Source of the DNA: Octopus vulgaris
Lineage: Eukaryota
Length of the DNA stretch: 64,000 bases
Assembly (NCBI GenBank): GCA_951406725.2
Contig: OX597814.1
Location: 37,510,001-37,574,000, forward strand
Direction: 5' to 3'
Both the position numbers and the translations under genes were made by a program. The notes beneath the pieces are model-generated. The model was not told where the DNA came from. It saw only the letters and a program-made list of their open reading frames with translations, and ran no database searches. Positions 23,212 to 36,358 of this stretch are shown piece after piece. Numbering within the stretch: position 1 is the first letter of the stretch; the number at the start of each line of letters is the position of its first letter.

Positions 23212-25312
23212 CACCCAGTCAAGTTTCGTTGCTGCTACAGCAACAACAAGAACAACACTCTGCTACTGCTACTACAGCCAGAATAGAAAAAACCACTACT
23301 TCACCCATATCAAACACCCTGCCGTTACTATTCTCAAGGCAACTGTAGATTTGGCCCCAGCGGCTCCAACAACAAGGGACGCTGTGCCTTTTTCCATCCT
23401 ACCTTATGTCGTAGACTTGTTAAGGGCACCTGTCCATATGGTATAACGGGAAAAAAACTGCCCTCACCTCCACCCCAAACACTGTCCTAAATACAGAATC
23501 CATGGTCCTGATCCCAAATATGGATGCACACAAGGCAATGGATGCACCTTCTTCCATCCTAAACTATGCCACTCTTGTGTGTCACTAAGGATATGCCTGA
23601 ACCCAGAAGTCTACCATTACCATCTGAAGGGCACAAAACGATCGCAAAATAAATATACACAGCAACAGAGGAGATCTACGACAACAACAGCAACAAAAAC
23701 AAAGTACAACCACGTTTCCCCTTCTACAATCAAACGACGAAGACGGAACCATGAAAAAGCCATAACACTAAATAGCATAAACATGAAATATGTATCCTCT
23801 GACCAAGTGGTAAACCAAAGAGGTAACTCTTTTTTACTGACTTACCTAGAATATATGAAGGCCGACTTAACCAGGAGATCCAACGAGCTATCAGCAACCC
23901 CCTATGCAAATCACAAGGACCACACACCCACTACCAACAAGAAAATCATACACACACAGCTCCATACAAAAACTACCCACATTGTTACCACTGAACAACA
24001 TAAAACATAACTTAGAACAATGCAAACATCAAACTTCTCTTACCTCGACATTCCTGTTAAACGTACGTGGCATCAACCCATCAATCATTGCCCAAAAATG
24101 GAAGATCCCATATATAGAGAGTTGGCTTGCCGAAATGGCACATTGATTCCCTTTCTTTATCCTTGCCGAGACTCACCTGAACAACACCCATATGGACGCC
24201 GAGGTGAAAATAAAACATTTCACCATTGTTCGTGCGGATCGCACAAAACGAAATAAGGGAGGGACAGCCATCTTTATCCATGACTCCTTTTCACTTCATG
24301 CCAAGGACATATTTTCTGTATCACTCTTCAGCAAGGCCAAGGACATAATACTTGTTGGTCTTTACAGGCCTCCCCAAGCACCTCTAAAGTGCTTTGAAGA
24401 GTGCCTTAGCAAAGTCAAGTCCTTCCTTCGGAAGTACAACTCTGGATGCATACTAGTGATGGGTGATTTTAACCTCCCTCATGTTAACTGGCCCACAAAT
24501 ACTCTGAAGTTAGGCCAATGCTCTACATCAGATTTCCTGTGCTCTACATCAAGTATTTCCTGGCGAATAGAACACAACATGTAGTTGATGGAGTCCACTC
24601 AAGCCCAGCAAAAGTTACCAGCGGTGTCCCCCCAGGGGACTGTCTTGGGTCCGCTACTCTTTACAATTTACATAAACGACCTTTCCAGTGTCGTACATTA
24701 CTGCAGAGTGAAAATATTTGATGATGGCACTAAGCTCCAACAAATCGTCAATGAAGAAGCAGACCGAACTCAACTCCAGTCCGATCTATATGTTGTGAGT
24801 CAATGGGCAGATAGAAACAAAATGCAACTGAACGAGGAAAAATTTGAGCTCATGCATTTTGGAAGATATTCCTCACTAAAACAGCCATACTCTCTTCCTT
24901 CAGGGGAACCGATCACAGCCTCTAACAATATCAGAGACTTGGTTGTAATTGTTGATGCCGATCTCAGTTGGAGTGCACACATCAATAATAAGGTCGATAT
25001 AGCTCGTAGGATGAGTTGCTGGATCTTAAGAACTTTCCGGTCCAGAGAACAAGGTGTCAACATACCACTTTTCTCCTCCTTTGTACGGCCACACCTCGAA
25101 TACTGCTGCCCACTGTGGTCTCCCCATACAAGACAAAACATCTCGAGGATTGAATCACCCCAGAGGGCACTCACTAAACGAATTGAAGGCATGGCTGCTC
25201 TCGATTATTGGGATCGCCTTAAAGTCTTGAAACTCTACCCTCTCCAGCGTCGCCGTGAGCGGTACATCATTTGTACGATGTGGAGAATATACCGCCAACT
25301 TTGCCCAAACTT
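23212..25312 (+). mobile_element. CR1-clade LINE with internal deletion: CCCH zinc-finger ORF1, APE endonuclease, C-terminal RT
   Basis: ORF1 CRYYSQGNC..CAFFHP, CPKY..C..CTFFHP; APE LNVRG, LAETHL, RADR..KGGTAIFI, YRPP, GDFNLP; RT PQGTVLGPLLF..IND, VRPHLEYC..WSPH; frameshifts present. Confidence 0.92.
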
Positions 25313-26403
25313 TTCCCAAAGATTACATCAAAAAGTTAAAAAGTACACGTTGTATTACCCATTATAATAGGTTTATTATATCTCCTTGAAAATGTATATT
25401 TGTATAATTGTATAAATGTATAAATGTATAAAGATTCATTGGATTTCAAAAATCTGCCCATACTCTACCGACATTCAGCATAGAGTGAATGTTAAATTGA
25501 TTGGATTGAGTTTATACTTAATTAGCTTGTATAAGATACAAAAAAATAAGATAGTAAGAAAAGAAAATATGAAGTAAAAAATAAAAAAAATAAAAGTAAT
25601 AGAAGCAAAATACAAGAATATTAAAAGCAAAAATTATAGAAGTAAAAAATAAGGATAATAAAGTTAGATACACATATATATATAAAATTTAGCAAAATAA
25701 AGCAACAAAAAAAGATAAAAACATAAAGTAGAGTTAGAAATAAAGAGATAAGATACTAAAGAGCTGAGAATAGGAATTTGGCTTTGATGAGATGGTAGTG
25801 GTCATAAATAATTTTTTATTTTGACCGCTCGTTGAAATATAGATTAAGGTTGTAATATGATATCTTCGTGATGAATGGTTAGTTTACTCAAACTCACCAA
25901 ACATTACTAGCTTTATAAATTTATAGTATATGTATATACGCATACATACATATGTATATTAAACTATAGATTTTTTCTGTAGTATTTTTACTTGACGACA
26001 CTCGTGGAGGGGCAGTGGAAGGTGATGAACGTCATTTGTATATTTTGAATTCAGCAGTACTGGACGTTCAATGTGATCTGTCTGATACTGTTAGTTGGAG
26101 AGGTATATTTGATTCCTCCAGTGCCTCCAGATTTAATATTGTGAAGTCCCATGCTGAAGGAAAAAATGTTTGGGTATAGTATAAATTCTATATTCTTTAT
26201 ACCAATCTAATCCCGAAACGCGTACATGGGTAATCAAATATCGATTGATTTTCGTTAATTTTCCTCTCTGCCTGCGTGGATTATTTTCGAGTATTTTGTT
26301 TCTGTCCGGGAGCTTTTTTTTAATGTAGAGGAAATAGCTAGGTTTTTGACTGCTATTTCTAAACTTCGATACGTGGTAAAGCAAATCTTTGCTGAACCCT
26401 AAT

Positions 26404-26478
<75 letters not shown>

Positions 26479-26622
26479 GCTCGAGCATATACAAGTATGC
26501 CTCATTATGCACAGCTTTAAATGCATGGGTCTACACATACATATCCACACACATCTAGAGTTACACCCTAGTAAACATATACATACACTACCATATCCAC
26601 ATATACTTAAGCACATATACAG

Positions 26623-26670
<48 letters not shown>

Positions 26671-26999
26671 GCAAATACACGGACACACGCACACACACAC
26701 ATATATACATGTATAGATATATGTATATGCATATGTGTGTACAAACAACTATGCATCTATGAATGTTATAGGCCCTTAGATATCTTTCCATTTGTCTCCA
26801 AAATATAACTGGATGCCACCAATTAGTTATTAAAAAATAAACCCGCAGATATAACAACGTTTTGATTTTTTAGTAGTTGCTATTTCGTAGAAGACCAATA
26901 CATATCTAAATAACACTTCCAAATGGTGGCATATACAAAATAGAATGAAACGCACCTTCTGTATATCATCTTCTCGTACAAGAAGGGTGTTTTCAAAAT

Positions 27000-27480
27000 C
27001 GCAAAATGAGATACATTCATTAATAATCAAGAAAGGGTTGGGTTACAATGATATGAGAAAGGATTGGTATAACTTACATTGGTGAGGGGGAAGAGAAAAT
27101 ATTTTAATGGACTAATGAAATTGTAAGGGTTTCAGAATTGGACAGCAACGCGTACAAGCATCTAGGATACAGTGGAAATCACTGATATTAAATATAGAAA
27201 AAATAAAGGAATATGGGTAGAGTATGTATTTGAATAGTTCATCATTTGTATCAAAGACTGAATTTAATACATAAACTATATAACTTGTGAGGAAAAGCTG
27301 TGCATACCATCATACATAACGTTGCTGTAATGACTAAGTCATCGTAAAATGGAATCGAAACACCAGAAGGAAATATAGAAATGGAACAATACATAGTGTA
27401 TTTCATGTGAAGGCAAATGTAAATCGTTTATTCATAAACGGAAGACTTGTGGTCTTTGAAACTAGCCTTTCAGACTACTC
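27000..27480 (+). mobile_element. Decayed R4/Dong-like RT relic
   Basis: YKHLG, KTEFN and HVKANVNRLF remnants resemble YKYLG, K.ELN and HPKADVDRLY. Confidence 0.5.
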
Positions 27481-28617
27481 TGGAGCGGAAAATTAAAAGA
27501 AGAAACGTAGTTGCTTACGATCCCGCTCTAAATGTTAATCAGGATCACTCTTATACCGCTTATCACACAAATGTTACCTAAAATATCGTAGACTAGAAAT
27601 CTTGATAATATTTGGGCAACTTTCAATATTCCATGTCAGAAAGCATAAAAACATTGTAAAGATGTTTTGACCCACTTTTCATTGGTCATTTCCCAAAATA
27701 TATGTATATAGCACTTGATAAATGTGGTACAATGGTGTATCAGAAAAACTCTAAATGGTAAGCTAGCAATTTTGATACAGTCAGGCATCAAAATTGTACA
27801 CTCGTTAACAAATAGTATAATATATGTCAGAATTATGAATATGAATACTGCAATGAAAAGAGGTCATATTTGCTTCATTAAGAGATATTGGGTATAAAAA
27901 AAGTTTAAAAAACAGTTTCTGAAATATACTGAATTAAAAACTATCAAAGATGCGGAAACGGCCATGAAAACCTTACATTTATGTGAGAAATGAAGGCATT
28001 ATTATTACGTCATTTTTTTATGTGATTTACATGGAGCCGTTCGGCAAAACACTTAAGTATGTGCCTACAATTTTTTTTATCATCGGAGCAGTTTATATCT
28101 TAAGAAAGGCATTTCTGTCCAAGGTATTGTAAATTAAAAGAGTATCTATAAGAAACATTGAAATACATGCAAATTTTAGGAATTCCAAGCAAAACTCTGA
28201 GGAAAAAATACTACACATTGAGTTCTACTAGCGTCTTCCGCAATGAGATCAAAGCTAATCAAATAAATTTTATTGTCATGGTCCACAAGGTAACAAACAC
28301 TCGGTTGAGTGATGTGTAAGTTCCGGTATATAATCACTAATAATGGAAAAAAGGAGAAAGCATCCAAGATAAACCGAACGTGACGAATAAAACAGGAATA
28401 GGGCCTGAAACAAAACTAAACATATATGTCTGTGCAGATCTACACGGTTACGGATATACAAATACAAACAGCAAACAGAAAAGAATAATACAAGCTGCCG
28501 CACACATCACGGGACAAATTTGTATATAATACATATGACAAAAAGAGTCATTAAAATATGTACTATATCAGTCACACAAATCTGCATATGGTAGTGCTTT
28601 AAAATGCGTAATAAAAA

Positions 28618-28654
<37 letters not shown>

Positions 28655-28655
28655 T

Positions 28656-28743
<88 letters not shown>
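28618..28743. repeat. (TAG)n microsatellite
   Basis: Direct inspection. Confidence 0.98.
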
Positions 28744-28749
28744 GTGGAA

Positions 28750-29320
28750 GAGGTGGAGGGAGAATGAGATAATTTTATTGTCAGCATTACATCGATTAGC
28801 GTATCGAGATGGAGAAGTATGTACATATGGTTTCCTAAGCGAGTGTTGACAGTAACTACAGTATAAAAAGCGGCAATATATTGCACTGGGTTATCAGCCA
28901 ACGCATGCAAATGCGAAATGTTGGAGGTAAGGTATGAATACGGTTCAAGATCTTTTATGGCGGAGCATAATTGTAGGGTTTTACGGTGTTTCTCTTTAGA
29001 GACAAATTATTCTATTAAACAAGTCTGTGAAAGGCAGAATGGCTATCAAGAAAGTTGAGTACAATGTTAAGTATCTGTATCTAACCAGAGAGTTGAAAAG
29101 AATGTGTACAACACAAAAATGAAAATTGTCGCTCTGTTAAACGGATCATTTGGCACAACACGCAAGCTTGTACCGAAGATGCTGAAAGATAAAGGATGTA
29201 ACACGCACTTTCAGCAAATACTAATTAGTATTCTGCAAATCTTCTAACATAAATTTCTGTCATTTTAAAAGAGCTGAAGCCTTGAGTCTTTAAGAGGACA
29301 TACTTGCTATTGAAATTAGC
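28750..29320 (+). mobile_element. Decayed R4/Dong-like endonuclease relic
   Basis: KYLYLTRELKRMC and GSFG remnants resemble KY.DL..E..RMW and GALG. Confidence 0.45.
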
Positions 29321-29627
29321 ATGAAAATCTCGAATAATAATTTGTGTCATTGTTTGAAAAACAGATTTGACCCATTTAACTGATTTCACATATTCAGTAG
29401 TTAATCCATACCATATTTTATCGAACCTGGAGGGTTACCATAATGGGTGCTGAACTTCAAAACCAAATTCCCGGAAGACATGTGCAAAGCGTTATTTATT
29501 TTTGCCAACGCTGTAACATTTCTCTCCGCGAAACCCTTTCGTAATCACATATGCAAAATTGATAAGAATGATAATGCTGATATTTATGACGTTGGTTAAA
29601 TCACGATAAAATTAATTGTTCTAAATG

Positions 29628-29830
29628 GGCGGCAATCTGGCAGAATTGATAGCATGTCGGGAAAAATGTTTAGCGTCTTCCGCCCGATTTTACTTTCTTA
29701 GTTCGAATTCCACCGTGGCCGTCTTTGCCTTTCAATCTTTCGGTGTCCATAAAATATATACAAATGTGAGCAGAGGGATTGATATAATCCGTTATTTCCA
29801 CGAAACTGCTTGCATTGTGCCAAAATTTGA
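29628..29830 (+). mobile_element. tRNA-derived SINE
   Basis: GGCGGCAATCTGGCAGAAT head, AGTTCGAATTCC B-box; related to 45681-45885. Confidence 0.7.
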
Positions 29831-29869
29831 AGCCAATAGAAATGGATTCTAATCTTATTGACTAGCGAT

Positions 29870-30056
29870 TCTGAAGTAGGTTGGGTTAGATGATTGCATC
29901 GACATCCGTGTTCAACTGCTCTTTACTTTATTCGTAGGAAAGGATGAAATGCAAAGTCAAACTCAGCAGAATATTAACTCAAAATGTAAAGAATCGAAAC
30001 AAACGCCGACAAAGAATTTTGCCTAACGTGTAAACTATTCCATCAGCTAACCGCCA
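29870..30056 (-). mobile_element. tRNA-derived SINE (same superfamily, opposite strand)
   Basis: Reverse complement begins GGCGGTTAGCTG.. with GAGTTAATATTCTGCTGAG; similar to 56290-56485. Confidence 0.6.
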
Positions 30057-31317
30057 TTAGAACAATCATGATATTATTAGGAATATCAATATTTGTAATA
30101 ACTTCACTACAAACACATGCCGTGGAAGTGTGAGAAATACAAGAAAAAATAATTGGGTTTCTTATCGAATAACTGTTATAAGTTTTAAACTGAAACATTT
30201 AAAATACAAAATGTACATAAAGATCAGTAAAGAAATAAGAAAATGTTATATATATACGTAAACATTATTAAAGGTAATCGATTAATATAAATCATACATG
30301 ACATGAAGAAGGGTTAATTGTATCCGTAAAAATGTGTTTATATACGATCGTTGATACTAATGATTTGTTGAAGTGCGAATCTAGATTTGGGTTATAAATA
30401 TTACTTGTTCAACAACATTTAAAATATAATCGCTATGGTGTAATTCTAGGTGAGAATGAGGTAAATCAGCCTCCCTCTAATTTTTGAAGCAAGAATTTTA
30501 AAACCCAATGTAATGTATCATTAGAAAGGAAATTTATGGTAACGTGTACAGAAACAATGGGAGTAATCAAAACGATAACATAAAATTAATATAAGATCAC
30601 AGCATATCAAGCAGTATAAGCAATATAAAGAGAACTGATGTTTAGGAGACAACGAAATCCAATAATGCCAACGATTGATCTAGATCAATTATTATCACTA
30701 CAATCATTGTTGTGAGAGAAGCAAAGAAATCAAAGGAACAACAATCATTAAGACCGAAATGCTATAACAGGTGGCAAATAAACAAAATCGAGTGAGGTGT
30801 GTACGCAAGACAATTAATATTGATATATATGTGTGAGTGTGTGTGAATGTGTGTATACGGGTACACGTGCATGCGTATGTGTGCGTGCATTTCTGTGTGT
30901 GTGTATATATATGCTGTTGTGTATGTACGAGTGTGTGTGTGGGCGTCTATTTATGTAAGGAAAATATATGAAGAATCTGAAAATTTGCGACCTGAGATGC
31001 CTGTAGTCATACATATACAATAAATATTTCGGTAAATGGAAAATTCCTCACGTGAATTCTACTATCGCTGCGTTAACATTTCTACTTCATTTGGTAATCA
31101 CTTTAGCACCTTTAGTTTTAGAGTCGCATATATCAACTAATTAATTATATTTAGAGCTTAGCACAAAGGTTGCGTTATTAATACCTGATATTTCGCTCCC
31201 TCAATCGACGTACTTCTATTTTGTACCGCGCCGAATTTTTTTCCTGACATCAGTTTTCTAAAAGTGCATATACATTAAAACATTCATACATACATACATG
31301 CATACATACATGCATTA

Positions 31318-32280
31318 TGGCTGCCCCCTCATTATCGAGCATGGCATTGCACGAAGCTTAACTGTTACTGGTGCTGTGATCGATGGTGACTTTATTCCAG
31401 CTAAAGATCTACAATATCTTGTACAGAATTGGCAACTAAAACCTTTACCGGTAATAGCCGGCTGTAGTTGTAACTGGGCTTCATGTACCTTTGCATTTCA
31501 TTTAAGTCCTCCTGCCGAATTACACTCTCTTCCACATGCCCTACAGATATGATTAGAATGGTTTGTTACCCCACCACCAGTGGCCAGGTTGTCACTCATC
31601 TGTCTCGGTCTATGACTACGAAGATGACTCTTGAGTCCAGCATTACTGAGACAGTGTCTTGCACAGACATTGCATGTCAGCATAAAAGGAAGACCCTTCC
31701 CATCTGGAAGTGTAACAGCGATGCCATTTCTGACATCCCTCCTTACTTCCTCATGTGTAACTCGAGATTTCTCAAAAGTGGCTGTCCCCTCGTGGACAGT
31801 CCTTCTCCACCTACTACGATCAATAGCTATGCCTTCCCATGTGTCAGGAGAGATGCAAGCAGCTCTGAAGGAAGCCTTCAGCAAGTCCTTATACTTCTTT
31901 TTTGGTTTATGTGGAGGTCATTTTCCTTTAGCTAACTCTCCATAAAAATTGTTTTGGCATCCTTCATCTAGACCGGATGACTACTCCATCTGAGCCTTTG
32001 CTTTAACACGAGAGCTTCTATACTTTCACACCGAGAGCCTTCCAATATTTCAAGATCACTGATGCGGTCCTTCCACTTAATGTGATAAATCCGTCTGAGG
32101 CACATTTGATGGAAACGTTTCAGTTGTTTAAGGCATAGAGAAAACAAGGGAGCACACCTTGTACACCTTTATCTTTGTCTTTCAGCATATATCTCGCCGA
32201 CTCCAGAGGCGCTTTTTTAGCCTTCCGAAAGCGACATTTGCTTTCCTAATGCTATATGGAATTCCATCATCCAAATTGCT
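31318..32280 (-). mobile_element. RTE-clade LINE 3' fragment with C2H2 zinc-finger tail, flanked by (TACA)n
   Basis: IRKANVAFGRLKKRLW; TWEGIAIDRSRWR; CNVCARHCLSNAGLKSHLRSH; CRACGRECNSAGGL. Confidence 0.88.
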
Positions 32281-32299
32281 ACATACATACATACATACA

Positions 32300-32333
<34 letters not shown>

Positions 32334-32759
32334 CATACAGGCATGCATTCATACATACATAAAGCATACATACATATATACACATGCATACATACACCTA
32401 TGTTTGTCTGATTGTCTGTCTGCATGTATGAGTGTATTAATGTAAAATTGTGGTCTTGAAAGGGTAGAAAATAGGAATATTTACCATTCAGCATTGAACC
32501 CGACCTGCTTACACGCTTGATTCTCAGGAACCATCAAAATTCTGTTGGTGTAAAAATATCCAGATATTACACAAGGAAATGTAATGTATGACTCTAGCAA
32601 AGAGTAAAATATAATCAAAATAAAAGTGCAAAACGGTTTGCACATATTTAGTTGCTAGTTACAATTGTTTATGCAGTAACCGTTGTTTTTAATGCCATTG
32701 CATGCAAGACATCTATGTAAATAGTAATATTCACGATTTTATAGATTAGAAAGGCCAGT

Positions 32760-33710
32760 CACAAAATGTGACAGTTCAGCATATTAAGCTTGACATTGTC
32801 AAGATGTACAAGTGCCTCTTTTGATACAAATCTGACAAAGTGACAGTGTAATGTATAAAACCGCAGTTGCTTATGGTATAACTCACTTTTCGGACTGCAA
32901 ATATCATCGGAGATAGATAAAACATTTTTTGCAGTGTTAGATAGGCGATTTCCTAAAACACATAAATACCATCGTATCTTCAACAAGAACACAATGAAAG
33001 TATCGTATGCCACATCGATCAACGACCACAGACAAGAAGAAAACAGATCAAAGCAACACTGAGTATAGGATCAATAACAAAATAAGCACAAGGATCACGA
33101 AAACATGGAAAACGACCCCAACAGTTATAAGAGGATCCAAATAAAAACTCAAAACAAGAATCATCGAAACAGGCAATCACACGAACAACACTTCCGTCAC
33201 GGCTAATCAACAGGAACATCATAAAAACAAAAGATAACGGTCACCAAATGACTACAATAACAATAATAATGCAAAGAATTGCAGTCGTCGCAAGAAATCA
33301 CCATGTCAGGTCAGGAGCCAATGCATGCAAAAATCATGATACACAAATACACAATCACCACACTACGAAATAAATACACATACATAGGAGCCTCCGAAAA
33401 CCAATTTAAGGTCCGTTATCGCAACCATATCTGCTCTTTCCGAAAGATAAGCCGGTCACACGCAACATCGCTAGCGAGTATAATATGGAGTTTAAAAGAA
33501 GGAAAAAATAAAATATGAAATAGAACGGCTAATAATAAAAAAAAATGCACAACCATATAATATATTATCTGGTATATGTGAGTGGTACGTTGAGGAAGCA
33601 TTGTGCATTTTGTTAAGTAACGAAAACTTGATAAACAAGCATGTTGATAAAATCCCAGGATGAATTTCCGCGACAAATTTACATTTTCTAGATACACATT
33701 GTGATACAAT
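32760..33710 (+). mobile_element. Degenerate Penelope-like element of a different clade (Nematis-like), thumb-linker-GIY-YIG region
   Basis: LDRRFPKTHKYHRIFNKNTMKVSY; YIGASENQFKVRYRNHICSFR..ATSLASIIWSLK; PYNILSGICEWYVEE..LINK. Confidence 0.78.
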
Positions 33711-33838
33711 AATGATAGAATAATGTGAACTCTCTCCCTCTCCCTTTCCCCACCATCCATGTGTGCGTGTGTATTACTGTATGTCTATATACAAGTATGC
33801 GTGCCTGACCGCGTGTTTAGTATGCATAGATGCATGTA

Positions 33839-33883
<45 letters not shown>

Positions 33884-35619
33884 GAACGTTCCTTCGGTAG
33901 CAACACACCTTGAAAAACTTTGTTGCTACTTACATAATCAGGCCACGACACACAGAGAGGATGTTCTTGAAGCTGTGATTTTGAACTTGTGGAGACCATA
34001 TTTACATATCGCCTGATGAAACACAGGTAGATCTCATAATCTAGGGAAACGGTAACATAATTACGTACCTGCACGTGTGGAGAACTACGTTGCGTGGAAA
34101 CAATTGTAATGGTTGAAAAAGAAATGTCCAACCTTCTTGTTGATTCCAAATTTTTCAAATTATACATACACGCACACACATACACACACATATGAATTTA
34201 TGTTAGTTAAAGTATGTTTGTAAAATATTTCAACTTCTAAAGTCAAATTCACTGTAGTTACCATGAAGCTAAAATTCTCCCTTATGGTAAAAAGTGTACC
34301 AAAAAATGCATATCCGCCCAATGTTGCCGCCTATCAGATTTCTTACCTGACGCCTCAGTATACGCTGAAATTATTTTCCTTGATATTACAGGATCTAGAC
34401 ATTCACTTCAACAAAATTTATAGAGGGTAAGCTCTATTGCGGGGTAGGGGTTATATACAGAGGCGATGCTCTTTTCATAATAGATAATTATACTAAAGTA
34501 GAAACAGAGAGATACCGAAAAAAATCTATATAAATTATTTAAAAACGTCGGCCTATCTATAACCATATTCTTCATTACTTTCGACCCTTATTTTCTATGT
34601 CTCCTTGTACTTATCGAATTTACGGTAAATAGGTTTGCTTTATCGTGTATGTGTGTGTTTGTGTCTGAGCGAATGTATAGTTAATAAAACAGATAGCTAA
34701 GAAAAATAGATACTTTTGTCTTCTGCATTAATCAGCATTTGAAGGTAATTACTCTTTCAGTAATATTTTTAAAATTGCATGTATATGTAAGTGCGTATCT
34801 GTATTACGTGTGTATGAGTGTGTTGTTGTTGTGTGTGCGCGTATGCGTGTTGCACGTTGTGCACTTCTATATATCTCTGTAAGTATATATACGTATGCTT
34901 ATATTTAATTTCATACACGTATATAAATATTCATCGATGTATGTGTACATAAATACATATATATTCCGATTTTCATTTAGCCTCGCAGGATGTTTTGAAT
35001 TTTTTAGTATATAACTACTTTGATATTATGCTAAGCTCAAGAATTAAAAATTTACAAAGGTGTTTGTTAATATCGTTTTTAATTGAAGTGAATCAGTTCA
35101 GGGGAAGTAGAATTTGAGTGATGGAATAAATTATTTGAGTGAAATGATACGAGATAAACTTGAGCTAATTATGTTCTAAATAAAAATACAACTCATTGTA
35201 TAAATGTATCAGTATAATACTAAAAATGCAAAAAGCAATGTAAGGAGAACCAAATAGCAAAATAATTTCATCTATAGAATTGTGTGTCTGTGTGTGGGTA
35301 TGTGGTGTACTTGTGTGTGTGTGTCTGTGTGCATGCATGCGTGATGGTGTAAAGGAGTAGACTTGTGTAAGTATCATAAGTGTTGTTTATGTGTTTGTCA
35401 ATATTTTAAGGGTCCAATAGAATCGCGTTATTTTAAAAGCAAACGCAAAAACGTTGAGTCAAGGAGAGCATGCCCGAGTATCAGCAGTGTACACAGACAT
35501 GACAGAATTAAATAGGCACACCATAAATCATTGTGTTATGATTATTCTAACTTCTAACGTTTTATATATTTTATCAATTGTCATTTTTATGTTTCAGGTT
35601 CTATATTTGATCTTTTAAT

Positions 35620-35955
35620 CATGCCATGTACAAAAGAAGCATCGGGAATGTTTGAATTTCAAAGAGGCCGCACTGGGGGTCATTTTAAAAGTGAACATAG
35701 CGTAGAATCTCAGAGAACCTTGGAATCATGTTTCCTAGAGATAATTGAGTGATTGCGCAGTTCACCAGAGAGAGAGGAAGGAATGCACATCATCTCGCTC
35801 AGATTATCCAGGACCCTCTGACAAGACTCATCTCTTAATCTTTGTTGCAAGACTTTTGATATAGCTGCACAAGTTGATGTCAGTTCCATAACAGCTGATA
35901 TGTATGTCCACAAACTTGGTTGCTATGGCAGAGCAGCAAGAAAGAAACAATTAAC
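35620..35955 (+). mobile_element. Tc1-like transposase N-terminal relic
   Basis: KLGCYGRAARKKQL resembles the Tc1 G..GR.A.KKPL motif; abrupt return to AT-rich DNA afterwards. Confidence 0.55.
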
Positions 35956-36315
35956 CTTCTCATCTACCCTCCCCATTCATTCTAATACGGAGATTCAACC
36001 TCGAAAATGCATCTATGGATTTATATGTTGATAATTTTTTATGTATTTATAAATTTGTGTACGTTTATGAATTTTATATATTTAGAAATCTTATATTTAC
36101 CTATAATTTATTATGAATTTTTACCATGTCTATGAAATGTTTATGTATCTATGAATATTGTGGAGAATTTCGACTATTTGAAATGGATTGAATGAATATG
36201 AATATCGACCTTTAAAATTTGTTTAACTCTTTCTTAATTTTATTTTCTTGAAGATCTATTACAACACTAATTATTTGTGTTGTATAAAGTGGATAACTAT
36301 ATCATTTACTTCTTC

Positions 36316-36358
<43 letters not shown>

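Noticed and set aside
26133-26384. 83-aa minus-strand ORF with non-repetitive sequence
   Set aside because: No recognisable motif or splice context; cannot be supported without a database search.
28180-28420. Possible minus-strand host exon after TTTGTTTCAG
   Set aside because: No recognisable protein, no clear donor and no partner exons; RNA-seq would be needed.
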